A stretch of DNA of 64,000 nt from Ilumatobacteraceae bacterium (GTDB lineage: Bacteria; Actinomycetota; Acidimicrobiia; Acidimicrobiales; Ilumatobacteraceae): the NCBI GenBank assembly GCA_963708925.1, contig CAVPUO010000005.1, positions 170,435-234,434 of the forward strand, given 5' to 3'. Each line of letters starts with the position of its first letter. Position 1 is the stretch's first letter. The position numbers were made by a program, and so were the translations under genes. The notes under the pieces were generated by a model. That model ran no database searches, was not told the DNA's origin, and saw only the letters and a program-made list of their open reading frames with translations. Shown piece by piece: positions 1 through 11,886 of the stretch.

Positions 1-19
1 CCCTCGCCGTCTGACGCGA

Positions 20-445
20 TTACAGCTTCTCGCCCGGGAGTTGGCTGGCTTGCTCCACCCAGGACGCGAACTGAGCCTCGTCGAAGGCGTCGTCCTCGTG
101 GATGTCGATGTAGCGGACGTCCTGCTGCTTGGACTTCCCGGGTGGCACCGGATCCAGTGACGCGCCTCGGAAGAACGCGACTTTCACGTACTTCGTCAGG
201 CAATGGAAGTTGAGGAACCAGCCACTGTCATCGACGCCGTAGAACGGCGAGTTCCACTTGACTGCCTTGTGCACGCCCGGCACGGTCCGCACGATGATGT
301 CGTCGAGGCGGCGGCCGACGTCGTGCTTCCAGCCCGGCATGGCCTCGATGTAGGCCTGCACGGGTCCGTCACCCTCACCCTTCGCGATCTGAGGATTGCC
401 GCCCGAAGGAGACAGCACCGGCTTCTTGGACGCTTTGTCTGTCAT
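20..445 (-). CDS. DUF1801 (YdhG-like) domain protein
   Basis: Uninterrupted 141-aa ORF. Sequence features (AYIEAMPGWKHDVGRRLDDII, KWNSPFYG, YVKVAFFRG) fit my recollection of the YdhG/DUF1801 family. Confidence 0.75.
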   Translation of the reverse strand: MTDKASKKPVLSPSGGNPQIAKGEGDGPVQAYIEAMPGWKHDVGRRLDDIIVRTVPGVHKAVKWNSPFYGVDDSGWFLNFHCLTKYVKVAFFRGASLDPVPPGKSKQQDVRYIDIHEDDAFDEAQFASWVEQASQLPGEKL

Positions 446-541
446 CCCATGAAGGGTAATTCCTGGCGGGCGAGGTCACCGATGTGGCCGTGATTTACGT
501 ACGCCACAGTACGTGCCACCTCACGCGTAGCGTCGGATCAC

Positions 542-2014
542 ATGCGCATCTACATCGCCGGCGTGCAGCACGAGTCGAGCTCGTTCTCGCCGATCCCGAC
601 ATCGTTCCGCTCGTTCGAGCGATGGGATTGGTCGCGCAGACAAGCCGCACGACAGCGACGGGTTCGGCTACGGCGAAGCGTGCCGACTTGCAGAGGCAGC
701 CGCGATGGACGTGGTCGCCGGCCCGTTCTTCAATGCCGAGCCGAGCGCGCCCGCCACCGCCGCGGCGTGGCGCCAGATCAGCGAGCACATCCTCGATGGT
801 CTGCGCGCCGCGATGCCGGTCGACATCGTCTTCCTCTGCCTGCACGGCGCGCAGATGGCCGAGTCGATCGATGACTGCGAGGGTGTGCTGCTCGCTGACT
901 ACGCGCGAGATCGTCGGGCCCGGCGTGGCGATCGGTGTGCTGCTCGACCTGCACGCCAACGTCACCTCGACGATGTGTTCCAACGCCGACCTCACCGTCT
1001 CGTGTCGCGAGTACCCACACATCGACTACGCACAGCGCGCGTGGGAGATGTTGCCGGTGCTGCGCGACATCGCCCGCGGTGTCGTCCGCCCGGTGACTCG
1101 CACCTACCGCGTTCCGGCGACCGGGAGTGTTCCCGACGACGGAGGAACCGATGCGATCGTTCGTCTCCCGTAGTCGCGACGTGCAAGGTCGACCAGGCGT
1201 GCTGATGGTGTCGGCGAACCACGGGTTCGAGGGATCCGACGTGCCGTTCATGGGCGCGTCGATCATCGTCACGACCGACAACGACGAGGCACTGGCCGAC
1301 AAGACACTCGACGAGGTCGCCGCCAACTTCCTGACGATCGTCGCCGGCAACACGTGGAGCGGACTCGGTGTCGGCGAGGCCATCGACGAAGCACTGCGCC
1401 AACCCGTCGGTCCGGTGGTGATCGCCGATCGCAGCGACAACGCGGGTGCCGGAGCAGCGAGCGACTCGACCTACATCCTCGCCGAGTTGATCGATCGCGC
1501 TGTCACCAACGCGACCCTCGGGATGATCTGGGACCCGATGAGTGTCCGCGCCTGCCACGACGCCGGTGTCGGGGCGAAGATCCCGCTGCGCATCGGCGGC
1601 AAGGCCGGACGGTTGTCGGGAACGCCTATCGATGCTGACGTCGAGGTGATCTCGGTTCGTGACGACGCGATGCAGGCGTTGTTCGGTCAGGGGCCGCCGC
1701 GCGAACCGCTCGGCAAGACCGCTGCCGTACGCATCGGTGGCATCACCGTGGTGCTGACATCGCGGCGTCAGCAGGTGTTCAGCCCGCACTGCTTCACCGA
1801 GCACGGCATCGACCTGCAACGCCAGCACATCGTGGTCGTGAAGAGCATGCAGCACTTCATGGGCGGCTTCGCGCCGATCGCCTCGCACGTCGTTCGCTGC
1901 GACGGACCGGGCAGCGCGACGGTGGACCTGACGAAGATCCCGTTCCGACGAATCAAGCGCCCAATGATGGGGCTCGACCCCGTCGAAACGATCCAGCTCG
2001 AGCCGCTGCCGTAG
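542..2014 (+). pseudogene. MlrC/M81-family metallopeptidase-like protein, reading frame interrupted as sequenced (3 hops)
   Basis: The pieces are collinear with the family but lie in different frames. MRIYIAGVQHESSSFSPIPTSF is in the frame of 542. DIVFLCLHGAQMAESIDDCEGVLL is in the frame of 705. GVLLDLHANV...CREYPHIDYAQR is in the frame of 484. The rest is ORF 1127..2014 (PGVLMVSANHGF...VVVKSMQHF). Hops are near 625, 905 and 1125. Confidence 0.75.
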
Positions 2015-2173
2015 CCATCCGTCCCATTTCTCCAGTTCAGCGATAGTCTGTTCGACGGCGGTGCTACGAACACGTATCCCGCGGTCGAGTGCAGCGCTTC
2101 GAGCGCACAGTGATTCCAGCGAGTTGTTGGTCTTTGCATCCACGGCCAACAACCCATAAAGGAATCCCCCACA

Positions 2174-3693
2174 ATGACCACATCCACCTCGAACGGTCGC
2201 GGCGCGCGCCGTCGCAACGGCGGTCGCCGCACTGGCACCGAACGCACGCAGCACGTCGCCGAACCGCAATTCCCGACGCGCACCGAAACGGTCGTCCCGA
2301 CCGAGCCGGTCGTGCCAAAGAACTACATCACCGACTTCGTCGCCCTCGGCGTGCCCGCCCCGCTGATCGCCGTCCTGGCCAAGCGCGACGTCCTCTCTGC
2401 GTTCCCGATCCAATCGGCAACACTGCCCGACTCGCTGAAGGGACACGACGTGCTCGGCCGCGGCAAGACCGGCAGCGGCAAGACCATTGCCTTCGCATTG
2501 CCGATCGTTGCTCGTCTCGCAGCCAGCGGAAAGCGCCGCGAAAGCGGCCGGCCGCGTGCCCTCATCCTCGTACCGACACGTGAACTGGCCAATCAGGTCA
2601 TGACCTCGCTGAAGCCGCTGGCCGAAGCAATGTCGCTGCGGGTCTGCACCGTCTACGGCGGCGTCGGCCAGGGCCCACAAGTGTCTGCGCTTCGCCAAGG
2701 TGTCGACATCGTCGTCGCCTGCCCGGGCCGGCTCGAAGATCTCATCGGGCAGCGGCACTGCCGTCTCGATGCAGTCGAAGTCACCGTGCTCGACGAAGCC
2801 GATCACATGGCCGACCTCGGCTTCCTGCCCGGCGTGAAGCGCATCCTCGATGCGACTCCGGTCGGCGGACAGCGACTGCTGTTCTCGGCGACACTCGACA
2901 AGGCCATCGACGGCCTGGTTCGCCAGTACCTCGTCAACCCCGTCGTTCACTCGGTCGATCCCGGAAGTGTCGTCGGTCAACACGATGACCCATCACGTGC
3001 TCGCCGTCTCGTCCGGCGACAAGGCAGCCGTTGTCAGTGCTCTCGCATCCGGCCTCGATCGGTCGCTGCTGTTCATGCGCACCAAGCACGGTGCCAAGAA
3101 GCTCGCCAAGCAGCTCTGCGCTGCCGGGATCCCCGCAGTCGAACTGCACGGCAACCTGTCGCAGAGCGCCCGCGAACGCAACCTCGCCGACTTCAGCAGC
3201 GGTCAGGTCCGTGTTCTCGTCGCGACCGACATCGCCGCCCGCGGCATCCACGTCGACGACATCGCCCTGGTCGATCCACGTCGATCCCCCGGCCGAGCAC
3301 AAGGCGTTCCTGCACCGTTCGGGCCGCACGGCACGCGCCGGTGCCGAGGGAATCGTCGCCACGGTGATGACTCCGGATCAGGCCGGCGATGTGCGTTCGC
3401 TCGCACGTGCGGCGGGCATCACGCCGATCGTCACCAACGTCAACCCGACCCATCCACTGCTCGCCGAGCTGACAGGTCCGACAGCACCCAAGGTCGCGCC
3501 GCGACCGCAGAGCGCCGAAGACGTCGCATCGCGGCCACGGGCCCAGCAGCCCGGTCGCCGTCGTGGCCAGGCAGCAGGCTCACGCAACGCCGGCCGCCCA
3601 GCGACTCGCGCCGGTGGCGCTCGTGCAGGTGGCACACGTTCGGGTGGCGCTCGCAACTCCAGCGGACGCCGCGCAGCCCCGACAGGCCGCTAG
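2174..3693 (+). pseudogene. DEAD-box ATP-dependent RNA helicase with Arg/Gly-rich C-terminal tail, frame interrupted as sequenced (2 hops)
   Basis: Helicase motifs appear in canonical order: FPIQSATLP, GRGKTGSGKT (I), PTRELA (Ia), VLDEADHM (II), FSATL (III). After frame hops come [11 protein letters not shown] (V) and [10 protein letters not shown] (VI). Hops are near 2962 and 3275. The last fragment stops at 3693. Confidence 0.85.
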
Positions 3694-3704
3694 CCGACGA
3701 CGGT

Positions 3705-4806
3705 CAGCCGTCGTCGCCGAAGCAGATACCGATGTCGCGTCCGGCGACCACGGTGTCGCAATCCAGCGGCACGGTTCTCATCGAGCCGATGGCGTCGATC
3801 AGCGGCACGTAGTCGACCCTCGGTTCGTTCAGAGCGACCATCACGCCGGCGAAGCCCTCTTCGAGGGCGCGCACAGCGGCGGCGCCGAATCGGGTTCCCA
3901 GAAGTCGATCGTGCGCGGTCGGTGTGCCGCCGCGGCAGAAGATGCCCGAGCACGACCGTACGAGCTTCCTTGCCCGTCAGTCCGGTGAGCTGCCGGGCGA
4001 CGGCGTGGCCGACGCCGCCCAGTCGTTCGGCCTGATCGACTGATTGCTCGACGATCGAACGGTGACCGTTCCTGGGCAACGCACCCTCAGCAACCACGAC
4101 GATGGCGAAGTTGGCACCACGCTGCTCGCGTGCCTTGATCATCGCCGCCACGGGTTCGAGGCTGAACGGGATCTCCGGGATGAGGATTGCGTGCGCACCC
4201 GCGGCGACCCCCGCATTCAGCGCGATCCATCCCGCGTATCGACCCATCACCTCGACGACGAAGACCCGGCTGTGCGAGGTCGCAGTGGTGAACACTCGAT
4301 CGATCGACTCGGTCGCGACCTCGACCGCAGTGTCGAAACCGAATGACACACTGGTCTTGTCGAGGTCGTTGTCGATGGTCTTTGGAACGCCGATCACACG
4401 CAGGCCGGCCTCGTACAACCGCTGGCCGATCGCGAGCGAACCGTCGCCGCCGATCGTGATGAACGCGTCGATCCCCACGTTCGCGGAACAAGGCGACGAG
4501 CTGCTCGGTGCGATCCTCGTACACAACCGTGCCGTCCGCTTGTTGCACGGGAAAGTGACACGGATTTCCTCGGTTGGTACTGCCGAGCACGGTGCCGCCG
4601 AGGAAGCCGATACCGCGGACCATTCCTCGCTCGAAGACGAAGGTTCCGTCTCCGTCGTGGTACTGGTCGGGGAACATCAGTCCGTTGAAACCGTCACGAA
4701 TCCCGACGACCTCCCAACCGCGTCGCCTCGCGCAAAGCGTCGCCGCACGGATGACGGCGTTCAGGCCCGGCGCATCGCCGCCACCCGTGCTGATGGCGAC
4801 ACGCAT
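3705..4806 (-). pseudogene. pfkA: 6-phosphofructokinase, frame interrupted as sequenced (2 hops)
   Basis: Contains GGDAPGLNAVIRA, ITIGGDGSL, GVPKTIDNDL and VEVMGRYAGW. I translated the C-terminal part by hand in a third frame (RGGTPTAHDRLLGTRFGAAAV...ICFGDDG, stop TGA at 3705-3707). Hops are near 4475 and 3950. Confidence 0.85.
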
Positions 4807-4833
4807 GACGGAGGGTATAGCACTCGCGACCGA

Positions 4834-4873
4834 CCGCCCGTGACCGCCGCACGCATGCCGCGGTCACGGGCGG
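4834..4873 (-). terminator. Perfect 14-bp-stem hairpin downstream of the 4895..5444 gene (no clear U-tract)
   Basis: CCGCCCGTGACCGC (4834-4847) and GCGGTCACGGGCGG (4860-4873) are exact reverse complements with a 12-nt loop. The hairpin lies between the 3' end of one minus-strand gene and the pfk start. Confidence 0.5.
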
Positions 4874-4894
4874 ACCTCGCTTCAGATACTTGAT

Positions 4895-5444
4895 CTACGC
4901 GCCGCTGGAGGCGAACCAGGATCCGGTCGGATTGGTGGCGCTGGCGGGACTCGTGACGAAAAGGATCGGTGCGATGCACGGGCTCGGGAGATCGACGTGG
5001 ACACGAGCCTTGGCATTTCCGGCGGCGTCGACATCGAACGTCTCACTGGATGCATTGACGCGTGGTCGGTGCACCCGCCGCATCCTTCGACAGGCAGCTG
5101 ACGAGGACCTTCTGGACCAGAACGGGATTCTTGCCAGCGATCGCTGGGGGACCTGTCGGCCCGATCACGAGACCTTCGAACTCGATGTCGACTCGACCAT
5201 CGTTACGAAGCTTGTACTCAGCGTCGCCGATGACCCACGGCGCACCGCCGCCCGGGATCCCACGAATCGCGTTCGTGGCTCCGGTGTACGGCGCAGACAC
5301 GCCGACCATGATGTCGCCTCTGAGGACGGTGTGGTCGTTGCCACCGGCGTACGAAATACCGGCACCGACAACAAGAACGCTGGCTGCAGCGAGCGCAACG
5401 CCCGCGATGACACGTGATTTCACGTTGTTCCCCTTTGTGGGCAC
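4895..5444 (-). pseudogene. Secreted hypothetical protein, one apparent frame hop near 5050
   Basis: N-terminal signal-like segment MPTKGNNVKSRVIAGVALAAASVLVVGAGISYA in ORF 5043..5444. Protein-like sequence continues in ORF 4895..5083 (NASSETFDVDAAGNAKARVHVDL...). I recognise no family. Confidence 0.5.
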
Positions 5445-5540
5445 ACGAACGGGAGGCGCGCCTCGAAATTCACCGTAAGCCTGCAGAGGTACACGTGCAA
5501 TTGGCCGTTGGTCCTAGTACGCAGAGTGCGCAGAGTCCTG

Positions 5541-5969
5541 TCAATCGCGCGGAGCGTCGTCACCCGTCGTTTCGCCGTGTGCGGAGTTGCCCGGCGCCTT
5601 CGTGTCGCCGCGGTGATCGCGCAGTGCCTTCAAGACGTCGGAGTCCTGCTCGGTCGCCATCGGCCCGAATCCGAGCACAAGGGTGCCACGCGACCCGCAC
5701 GCCGGACACGTCAACGCAACCACGGCCACCATGTCGGCCGGATCCGATTCGCCTTCGAGGCGTCGCAGCGAGCTCATCTTCACGACGGCGGCCGACGACA
5801 CTGTGTTGCACTCCACGCATTCCAACGCCGCCTCGTCCGTGACCACGAACGACGACGAGAACCCGCCCTGTGCGTAGCCCTCCAACACGTCGGTGATCGT
5901 CGCGTCGGCGCTCGTCAGGTCGTCGCCGGCTTCGTTGAGAAGATCGCTGGGTGTCGGCTTGTTGGTCAT
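5541..5969 (-). CDS. Hypothetical protein with two CxxC pairs (zinc-ribbon-like)
   Basis: This is the 3' 429 nt of the 532-aa ORF 5541..7139, starting at MTNKPTPSDLL (ATG at 5969-5967). It contains CVEC and CPAC. The rest of the long ORF is antisense to the MMPL gene and looks non-coding. Confidence 0.55.
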   Translation of the reverse strand: MTNKPTPSDLLNEAGDDLTSADATITDVLEGYAQGGFSSSFVVTDEAALECVECNTVSSAAVVKMSSLRRLEGESDPADMVAVVALTCPACGSRGTLVLGFGPMATEQDSDVLKALRDHRGDTKAPGNSAHGETTGDDAPRD

Positions 5970-6035
5970 GCCGCGGTGTACCCACTTACCGGCACACCAA
6001 AACTGCTCGGTGGTTTGCCGACCTACGATCACTGC

Positions 6036-6293
6036 GTGGCTACTGCAACTCCTTCCTCGACACCCAACCCCGATGCGATGAAGTTCACGCTCGACACCAA
6101 GCTCGAGGCGATGTTCAATGCCACCAGCGCCGACGCCGCGGCAGACATCCCCTTCGCCGCCGACGTGTTCGCGGCCGGCGGGGTGTCGACCGTGTTCGGC
6201 GTCAACGACTTCGTGACTGTCACCCGCACACCAGGCGCCGACTGGGAACCGATCATCGCTGCGGTCAACTCCGCAGCAGCTACGCACCTCTAG
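6036..6293 (+). CDS. Nfu/NifU N-terminal-domain-like small protein
   Basis: TPNPDAMKF motif followed by GVSTVFGVNDFVTVTRTPGADWEPI. In-frame GTG at 6036. Divergent from the 5541..5969 gene. Confidence 0.6.
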   Translation: MATATPSSTPNPDAMKFTLDTKLEAMFNATSADAAADIPFAADVFAAGGVSTVFGVNDFVTVTRTPGADWEPIIAAVNSAAATHL

Positions 6294-6335
6294 CGGAGGT
6301 ACTACGGCACTTGCGGCACTTCGCCGCCTGGTGGA

Positions 6336-9282
6336 GTGTGTGCATTTGTGAATGATTTCTGGAAGACCACCGGGCGCCTCCTGAGTCGACGAACGATGGC
6401 CACCGTAGGGGTCGTGGTGCTGGTCACCATCGCGATGGGGTTCGGATTGAAGAAGCTCGACTTCGCCACGGGGCAGGACAGCTACATCGATCCGGACTCG
6501 CAGGTGGCCAGGGACAACGAGCGCTACCAAAGCCTCTTCGGCGGTGAGAGCATGGTGGTCCTGTTCACGGTCGACGAGGGCAAGTCGGTGGTCGATCTGT
6601 TCACACCGGCCAACGTCACCCAGTTCGGCGAGATCGAAACCGAGATGTTGCAGAGCGACGCGATCCAATCGGTGGTCTCCCCGCTGACGCTGCTGCAGTG
6701 GACGCAGGACCTCATCACACAGGGGGTCGCCAGCGAGATCATCGCTCGAACCATCGCCCGCGAACCCGACCCCGAAGCGGCGGCGCTCCGACAGCAGGAC
6801 GCGGTGCTCACTTCTCTTCGACTTGGTGCTGCGGGCGCGGCAGAGCATGGACAACCCCGACTGGGTGAGTTTCCTCCTCTTCGGAAACGACGGCTTCACC
6901 GTCGACGCGCAGAACCACGTCGTCGCGCCGCCGGACAGCGCGCTGGTGATTCGCAAGCCGCTGCAGGCCTTCATTCCCGATGCCCGACATGCGATCCTCG
7001 CCGCTGTGCTCGTGGGCAATGCGCCGCTCGACACATTGGCAGAGGGATCCAAAGAGGTGCAGGACGTCGTGAAGGATCGCACCTTCGAGAACGCAACCGT
7101 CACGGTCACGGGCACCCCGACGTTCTTGACCGACATCAACGACTACCTGCAGGGCGGCATGTTGGTGCTCGGTGGGATCGCTGTGCTGGTGATGATGGTG
7201 GTGCTGCTGATCGCGTTCAAGGTCCGGTGGCGACTGCTGCCACTCGCCGGGATGGTGGTCGGCATCGTCTGGGGCTTCGGCGCGTTCGGGTTCACCGGCA
7301 CCAAGTTGTCGCTCGTGACGATCGCCGGTTTGCCGATCCTCATCGGACTCGGCATCGAGTTCGCCATCCAGATCCAGAACCGCATCGAGGAGGAGCGCGG
7401 GCTCGAGCTTTCGGGCAGTCCGTTCGAAGTAACGCTGCAGCACATGGGCCCACCACTCGTTGCCGCGACGATCGCCGCCGTCATCGCGTTCCTCACGGTG
7501 AAGATCTCGAAGGTCCCGATGGTGCAGGACTTCGGTGTGCTGCTGTCGATCGGCATCGTCGCCCTGCTGATCGCAGGAGTGGTCGTGCCGACCACCCTGA
7601 TCGGCGCGCGCGAGCGTCGGTCACCCACAACCAAGGAGCCCGTCGAGAGTTGGGTCGAGACGACCGTGGACCGCCTCGGCAGTCTTCCCCGGATCGCCGT
7701 GCTGCCACTTGTGATCGTCGCCATCGCCCTGCCCGTCCTCGGGCTGATCCTGGAGACCGGGTCGAAGATCGAGAGCGATCCGATCAACTGGGCAAACCAA
7801 TCGAGCACCTCGATCAAGAACGCGCGGACGTTGGAGAAGGAGACCGGCTTCGCGACCACGCTCGGGGTGTTCGTCGAGACCGGGAGCGCACCATCCAACG
7901 GCATCTTCACGGACCAGATGGGCGCGTTCGTGTTCGATCTGGTCGAACGTTCGACTGCGGAGAACCCCGAGCTCGCCGGAGCCTCCAGTCTTCCGACGAC
8001 GGTCGGATGGCTTGCGGAGGTACCCAACACCACGTCGCTGCCGCCGACCGGCCTCGACATGCTGGAGGCCTACAACATCGCACCGCCGTCACTGCAGGGT
8101 CTGTTGGTCGCCGACGGCGGCAACGCGACCCAGGTGCTGTTTCAAGTTGGCCCGTCGTCGCTCGATCAGCGCGCCACGGTGCTCGACAACGTCGATGCAG
8201 CGATCGCCGATCCGGGCGACGGGGCGCCATTGCCGGCCCAATCTTCGGCAACGACGGGCGGGCTTGCTGTCGTCGGTGTCGGGTTGCTCGAGAACATCAC
8301 GGCCAATCGCGCCCAGTTGACGATCGTCGCGTTGCTGCTGGTCGCCGCGTTCGTCGTACTGCGCTATCGCGATCTCGCCCGCGGCATCCTGACGATGATC
8401 CCGGTGTTGGTGGCGGTCGGAACATCGGCCGTGCTGGTGCGGGTTCTCAACATCACGTTGAGCCCGTTGTCGACGGTGGGCGGTCCTCTGGTCGTCGCCA
8501 CGTGCGCGGAGTTCTCTGTTCTGCTGATCGCTCGCTACGCGGAGGAACGCGACCGCGGACTGGACCCCGAAGCGGGCACGAAGATGGCGGCCCGACGCAC
8601 GGGCCGTGCGTTCTTCACGTCCGCACTGACGACACTTGGCGGCTTCGCGGTCCTGATCTTCTCGTCGCTGCCATTGCTTGCGGACTTCGGCACGGTGGTC
8701 ACCATCAACATCGCCGTCGCGTTGTTGTCGGCCCTGGTCGTCGTGCCGCCGCTCGTCAAGGAAGCGGATCGACGCGGATTGCTGGCGATGGGTCCGGCCG
8801 CGAAGGACGCGTCGAGTCGCAGCCGCGCCACCACCGGATGGATCAGCGGCGCCGTGATCGCACTCGTCGGCGTCGCGGTGATAGGAGCCTCGCTCAGCGA
8901 CAACGAGCCGCCGGCAGCCGAAGCGTTGTCGGCACCCTCGGTCGAGGCTCCGGCGACCATTCCTCCCCCGACCACCGCTCCCCCGCCGACGACCGCGCTT
9001 CCCGTCGGCGACACGCTTCCGCCCGGCCCGGCCGAACGGCCCACAGGCCTCGTCGCAGGCGTCTTCTACGACACCCTCGTCGGTGTCGGTGTCGATCCCG
9101 GCATGGCGCGGTGCGCCGCCGATGACCTCCTGGGCAACACATCGGAGGCCGATCTGCTGGCGCTCGGAATCGCCGCCGTGCCACGCCCACCCGAGGTCGA
9201 CGCCCTTCTCGATGCGTCCGCCGAGCGATGCGGTGTCACCCAGGAACAGTTGGACGCCGCGGCAGCGGCGGGTGGTGGCTAG
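6336..9282 (+). pseudogene. MMPL/RND-superfamily membrane transporter with Pro/Thr-rich linker and extra C-terminal domain, one frame hop near 6820
   Basis: The N-terminal part is in the frame of 6336 (TMATVGVVVLVTIAMGFGLKKLDF...QSLFGGESMVVLF). The rest is ORF 6823..9282, with two 6-TM-like bundles (GIAVLVMMVVLLIAFKVRW..., TIVALLLVAAFVVLRYRD...CAEFSVLLIARY). Confidence 0.8.
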
Positions 9283-10304
9283 TGGACGAGGGCGGCGGTG
9301 CGTCGACGCTCGAACACCTCGACATAGCCGGCGACCATGCGCTCGACCGAGAAGCGCTCGCGGACGTGCTCGCGACAGGCCGCTCGATCGATCTGATCCA
9401 ACGACAACAGACCGTTGATCAGCTCGGCATCGCTGTCGCCGAGGAAGCCCGTCGATCCGTGCACGACGATCTCCGGTGCAGCACCCTGCGGGCAGCCCAC
9501 CACGGGTGTGCCACACGCCATCGCCTCGACCATTGCCATGCCGAACGGCTCGCGCCAGCTGATGGGATTCAACAACGCCGCGGCCGATGCGAGCAGCTCG
9601 CGCTTTCCGGCGGCATCCACTTCGCCGAGGTAGATCACGTCGTCGCCGAGGTAGGGCTCGACGAACTCCTCGAAGTAGGCGACCTCGTGCGGCTCGCGCA
9701 TCTTGGCGGCGATCCTCAGTTGGACGCCCGCGGCGCGAGCGACGGTGACGGCCCGATGCACTCCCTTGTTGGGAGTCATCCGGCCGAGCAGAGCCACGTA
9801 TCCCCCGTCGCCCGCGCCGAACGGGTAGTTCTCGACGTCGATGCCGTGGTGGACGACGGCGTCGATCGGTAGATCCGTCGACGAAGCGTGCGAGTGCGAG
9901 ATGGCAACCAGGGCAACCCGTGGCACCACTGCGGCGTAGATGGCGTTGTACGTCCGGTTGAAGGGATTGTGGTTCGTCGTGACCACAGGCAGCTGCGGGA
10001 ACCGCGCCGAGTACAACGGCCCGGCCAGGGTGTGGTCGTGGACGACATCGGCGTGTTGCACGAACTCGTACGCGCCGATCGCATGCTCCAGCTCGATGCT
10101 CATGCGGCCCATCCGCACGGTGTCCTCGGCGGGGATCACCGACGCCTTGGGCACCGGACATTGCGAATCAGGATGACAGACCATCAGGACCTGGTGACCG
10201 GCATTCTGCAAGCCGCGGGCGAGCTCGTCGAGCACGGCCTCCGTTCCACCATATGCCGGAGCCGGGATCGGCAGCCAGGGTGGGGCGATGATCGCGATGT
10301 CCAT
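9279..10304 (-). CDS. Glycosyltransferase family 4
   Basis: Starts MDIAIIAPPWLPIPAPAYGGTEAVL. C-terminal GT-B signature REPFGMAMVEAMACGTPVV. ATG at 10304-10302. Its stop overlaps the MMPL stop by 4 nt (convergent). Confidence 0.8.
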   Translation of the reverse strand: MDIAIIAPPWLPIPAPAYGGTEAVLDELARGLQNAGHQVLMVCHPDSQCPVPKASVIPAEDTVRMGRMSIELEHAIGAYEFVQHADVVHDHTLAGPLYSARFPQLPVVTTNHNPFNRTYNAIYAAVVPRVALVAISHSHASSTDLPIDAVVHHGIDVENYPFGAGDGGYVALLGRMTPNKGVHRAVTVARAAGVQLRIAAKMREPHEVAYFEEFVEPYLGDDVIYLGEVDAAGKRELLASAAALLNPISWREPFGMAMVEAMACGTPVVGCPQGAAPEIVVHGSTGFLGDSDAELINGLLSLDQIDRAACREHVRERFSVERMVAGYVEVFERRRTAALVH

Positions 10305-10329
10305 GTGTGTTGTGCTTTCTCGCGGCGGC

Positions 10330-11768
10330 CTAGCGGATCGGCCGAACCGTGTCGCCGGCTGCAACATCGACGCTGTCGGACTGCAGCGGCAGATCGCCGG
10401 CACGAACCGCGGTCGATTGCAGACGGTTCAAGAAATTACGCGCCCAGCGGTGCACGTCGTTGTACTTCACCGCGTCGCGCATCGTCTTCATCCGTGCGGC
10501 GACCTCGACCTGCGGCATGTTGATGGCCGTCACAAGGGCACGCTTGATGGCTTCGATGTCGTAGGGATTCACGATCAAGGCACCGTCGAGGTCCTGCGCT
10601 GCACCGGCGAACTCACTGAGGATCAACGTGCCGGCGAGGTCGCCTCGCGCGCCGACGAACTCCTTGGCAACGAGGTTCATGCCATCGGCCAACGAGGTGA
10701 CGACCAGCGAGTCGGCAGGACGCGGAACCACGCGGCGACGTCGACCTCGTCGAGCGACGAGTCCATGTACACCACCGGGACAGAGCCATCGGCGCGCTGG
10801 TGCCTCGTGTTGATCGCCTCGATCAGCGATTCCACCTCGTCGCGTTCGTCCTCGTAGGCGGCGACATCGGACCGGCTCGGTACGGCAACCTGCACGAAGG
10901 CACACCGCTGTGCATCGAGCGTTCCGTCGTCGAGGAGCTCGCCGAATGCCTTGAGCCGTTGCGAGATCCCCTTGGTGTAGTCGAGACGATCGATGCCGAG
11001 GAAGATCGATTCGACATCGACCTCCTTGCGGTGGCGCGCCGCATCTGCTTCGGCGTCCTCACCCAACTTGCTCCAATGGTCGAAATCGATGGAGATGGGA
11101 AATGCATCGACATCCACCGTGTGAACTCCGTCGAAGAGGATGTTGTTGCGGACACGCGCACCGACCAGCCGATCCGCGGCTGCCATGAAGTTGTCGGCGT
11201 CTTCTGGCACCTGAAAGCCCAGGACATCGGCGCCGAGCATCCCTCGGATCACTTCTTTGCGCCACGGCAGCATCGAGAACAGCTGCGCATTCGGGAACGG
11301 GATGTGCAGGAACAGCCCGATCCGAAGATCCGGGCGCTTGGCACGGATGATGGCCGGGGCGAGCAGCAGGTGGTAGTCGTGCACCCACACCGTTCCGCCG
11401 TGCGGAGCGATGCGGCAGACCTCGGCAGCAAATCGTCGGTTGACGATCCGGTACGAGTGCCACCAGGCACGATTCAGTTCGACGCGACGCAACCGCCCGT
11501 GGAACAACGGCCACAGGATGGCGTTGGCGAATCCCTGGTAGTAGCGCTCGAGGTCCTCAGAGGACAGCGCAATGGGGTGAAGTCGCAGGTCACCGTAATC
11601 GAACGGCTTTGGCCGCCCAGCTTCAGGACCTGCCCATCCGACCCACTGTGTTCCTGCTGCGGTGACCGATGACAAGGCGGACGCCAAGCCCCCTGGACTT
11701 GGATTGAGCTGCCCATCTCCTTTGACTTCGACCGGGAGCCTGTTGGCTGCCACGACGAGTCCTTTCAT
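10330..11768 (-). pseudogene. otsA: Trehalose-6-phosphate synthase (GT20), one frame hop near 10720
   Basis: Contains VVAANRLPV, VWVHDYHLLL, GLFLHIPFPN and LGIDRLDYTKGI in ORF 10677..12011. It continues with LADGMNLVAKEFV...LILSEFAGAA...NPYD in ORF 10330..10905. Confidence 0.85.
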
Positions 11769-11886
11769 CACTACAGGCCTTTCAACTCTTCGATCAAGCC
11801 CGCCCCTTGTACCCGATCGTACCCCGCGCGAAACCCGGCGCCTCCCAATGTTCATGTCCCGGACACATTGCGAGTAATACTGCGTC

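Noticed and set aside
992-2983. 663-aa ORF on the minus strand
   Set aside because: It is antisense to the MlrC-like and DEAD-box genes. Its Arg/Gly/Asp-rich low-complexity translation is typical of spurious antisense ORFs in high-GC DNA, and it has no family motifs.
5970-7139. Upstream 390 codons of the 532-aa minus-strand ORF 5541..7139
   Set aside because: Only the last 142 codons (from MTNKPTPSDL) look like a protein. The upstream part overlaps the Nfu-like and MMPL genes on the other strand.
8089-10161. 690-aa ORF on the minus strand
   Set aside because: It is antisense to, or out of frame with, the MMPL and GT4 genes. It is extremely Arg-rich and the well-supported genes explain the region.
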